From positions 3,412,001 to 3,476,000 of the forward strand of contig NC_086109.1 of assembly GCF_963921235.1 (NCBI RefSeq): DNA of 64,000 nt. Reading direction: 5' to 3'. Each line of letters opens with the position of its first letter. Positions within the stretch are counted from its first letter, which is position 1. Both the position numbers and the translations under genes were made by a program. Below the pieces are notes generated by a model. That model made no database searches, was not told the origin of the DNA, and worked only from the letters and a program-made list of their open reading frames with translations. Shown here one piece after another: positions 62,139 through 64,000 of this stretch. Source of the stretch: Mobula hypostoma (Eukaryota).

Positions 62139-62486
62139 GGCAGGAGTGGAGGTATGCCTCTATCTGAGGAGCTCCTTCCCCCTGCCAGCCTGCAGATCAC
62201 CTTGGACAAGGTGTAGTATCTCCTTACACCCATTCAGGGTCACATGAAGCCATGGGAGCAGGTGGTGGATGGTCATATGAGCTGCTGGTGCACATCACAA
62301 GTCCTGGTTATGTGACCACTGACTCTGTTATGTGACTCTCAGGAGTATTGATAATGGCTGGGCTCACCCATCTTGTAAAGACACTGCCTAGAAGAAGGCA
62401 ATGGCAAACCACTTCTTCAGAAAAATTTGCCAAGGAAAAGCAAGGCCCATGTCACATGACATGACACATAATGATGATGATGACCA
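62139..62486 (+). mobile_element. RTE-related SINE with TSD ttagcaa
   Basis: ttagcaa at 62132-62138 and 62487-62493; tail atgatgatgatga; the empty site is visible in the duplicate near 63180. Confidence 0.78.
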
Positions 62487-62770
62487 TTAGCAAAATTATA
62501 TCTGCCATGACAATGTGGAACAAAGACTATGGCAAAGAATAGATCCAACTTACAAATTTACCATTGGCAGTTGTAACTGTAACACTCTGTTCTGCATGCC
62601 CCTGTTATGGCACTCCCCCGGTGGTAGGAGTAATCTGCATGGATGGTATGCAAAACAAAAGTTTTTCTCCATTAATCTTGGTATGTGTAACAATAATGTA
62701 CCAGTTCCAATCTCAAATACCACAGATATCAGTGAAGGTTATCCACATTGATTTTATTTGGGTGGAACAA

Positions 62771-63139
62771 TCATCATCCTTGCGTGTCTTATGACGTGGG
62801 CGATCAAGGTCTCATGACTATGATTGTTCTTGGCAAATTTTTCGACAGAAGTTGTTGTTGTTGCCTTCCTCTGAACAGTGTCTTTACAAGACAGGTGTCC
62901 CCAGTCATTATCAATACTCTTCAGAGATGGTCTGCCTACCTGGACTTGTGATATGTACCAGTTGCTGATAGGTCCATCTACACCTGTTCCCATGGCTTCA
63001 CATGACCCTGATTGGTTGGTGGGGGGGAGGGAGGGGCCAAGCAGGTGCTGCAGCTTTCCCAAGGGCGTCCTGCAGGCTAGCAGAGATAAGAAGCACCTTA
63101 CACCTCCTTTGATAGAGACCTATCTCCGCCCTGCCATCC
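62771..63139 (-). mobile_element. RTE-related SINE, same family in the opposite orientation
   Basis: Reverse complement of 62139-62486; same orientation as 37765-38115. Confidence 0.78.
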
Positions 63140-63609
63140 TTTGTAATTAGGTGAGGAAAAAGTCAGTAATTTTAATATGTTTAGCAAAGTTATATCTGCC
63201 AACAACAAGGTGGAAGAAAGCCTGTGTCAAAGAAAATACCAATTTACAAATTTATCAATGGAAATTGTAATCGTAACACTATATTCTTCACTCTGTTATG
63301 GCATTTCCCTTGTACTACCCTGACGGTAGGAATGTTCTGTATGAATGCTATGCAAAACAAAAGTTTTTCTTCGTATCTTGGTATCTGTAACAATAATAAA
63401 CCGTTTCCAATCACAAATACCATAGATATCATGAAGGTTATCCGCATTGAACTTATTTGGATGGAACAGCATGCTTTTGAAAGTTGAACAGTGGAGGTTC
63501 AACGTTTCACCCACCAGCGTGCATGCCTCACCCTTCCCCACCACATTGGAGTTCTGCCCCTTCCTTTCTCAGGGTCTCAACCCAAAAGGTCAACTGTTCC
63601 GTCCACTCC

Positions 63610-64000
63610 GTGAACACGGCACAGCACATCACACAAACCAATCTTCCGTCCTTGGACTCACTTTACACCGCACGCTGTCGGAGCGGTGCTGCCAGGATAA
63701 TCAAGGACACGACCCACCCAGCCAACACACTTTTCGTCCCTCTTCCTTCCGGGAGAAGGTTCAGGAGCTTGAAGACTCGTACAGCCAGATTTGGGAACAG
63801 CTTCTTTCCAACTGTGATAAGACTGCTGAACGGATCCTGACCCGGATCTGGGCCGTACCCTCCAAATATCCGGACCTGCCTCTCGGTTTTTTTTGCACTA
63901 CCTTACTTTCCATTTTTCTATTTTCTATTTATGATTTATAATTTAAATTTTTAATATTTACTAATTTTTACTATTTTAATATTTTTAATATTTAATATTT
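63610..64000 (+). mobile_element. L2/Rex1-group LINE 3' part running off the window end
   Basis: VNTAQHITQTNLPSLDSLYTARCRSGAARIIKDTTHPANTLFVPLPSGRRFRSL followed by an AT-rich 3'UTR. Confidence 0.88.

Overview
Repeat-dense vertebrate genomic DNA, most likely intronic or intergenic. The repeat set (CR1/HER1-type LINEs, tRNA-derived V-SINEs, Rex1/L2-group LINEs, Penelope-like elements, RTE-derived short elements) points to a cartilaginous fish, probably a ray; this is inferred from repeat families, not from a search. I could not identify an intact host gene, and almost all listed ORFs are transposon fragments or chance ORFs. Highlights: (1) a young, 5'-truncated Penelope-like element (RT + GIY-YIG, 46913-49157) with a 10-bp target-site duplication (TSD) and an intact minimal hammerhead ribozyme core in its 3' repeat; (2) a tail-out inverted Penelope insertion (43784-45358); (3) a HERO-like restriction-endonuclease-like (RLE) retroposon relic; (4) three copies of a composite non-autonomous DNA element whose two ends are each a Tc1-like mini-hairpin and which has captured a LINE 3' tail; (5) a perfect 40-bp-arm fold-back palindrome inside a CR1; (6) a near-homogeneous CpG-rich 50-bp minisatellite; (7) two candidate host exons and a few candidate enhancer motifs in the unique stretches. 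Most TE boundaries were read by eye and are approximate (about +/-20 bp) unless a TSD is quoted.
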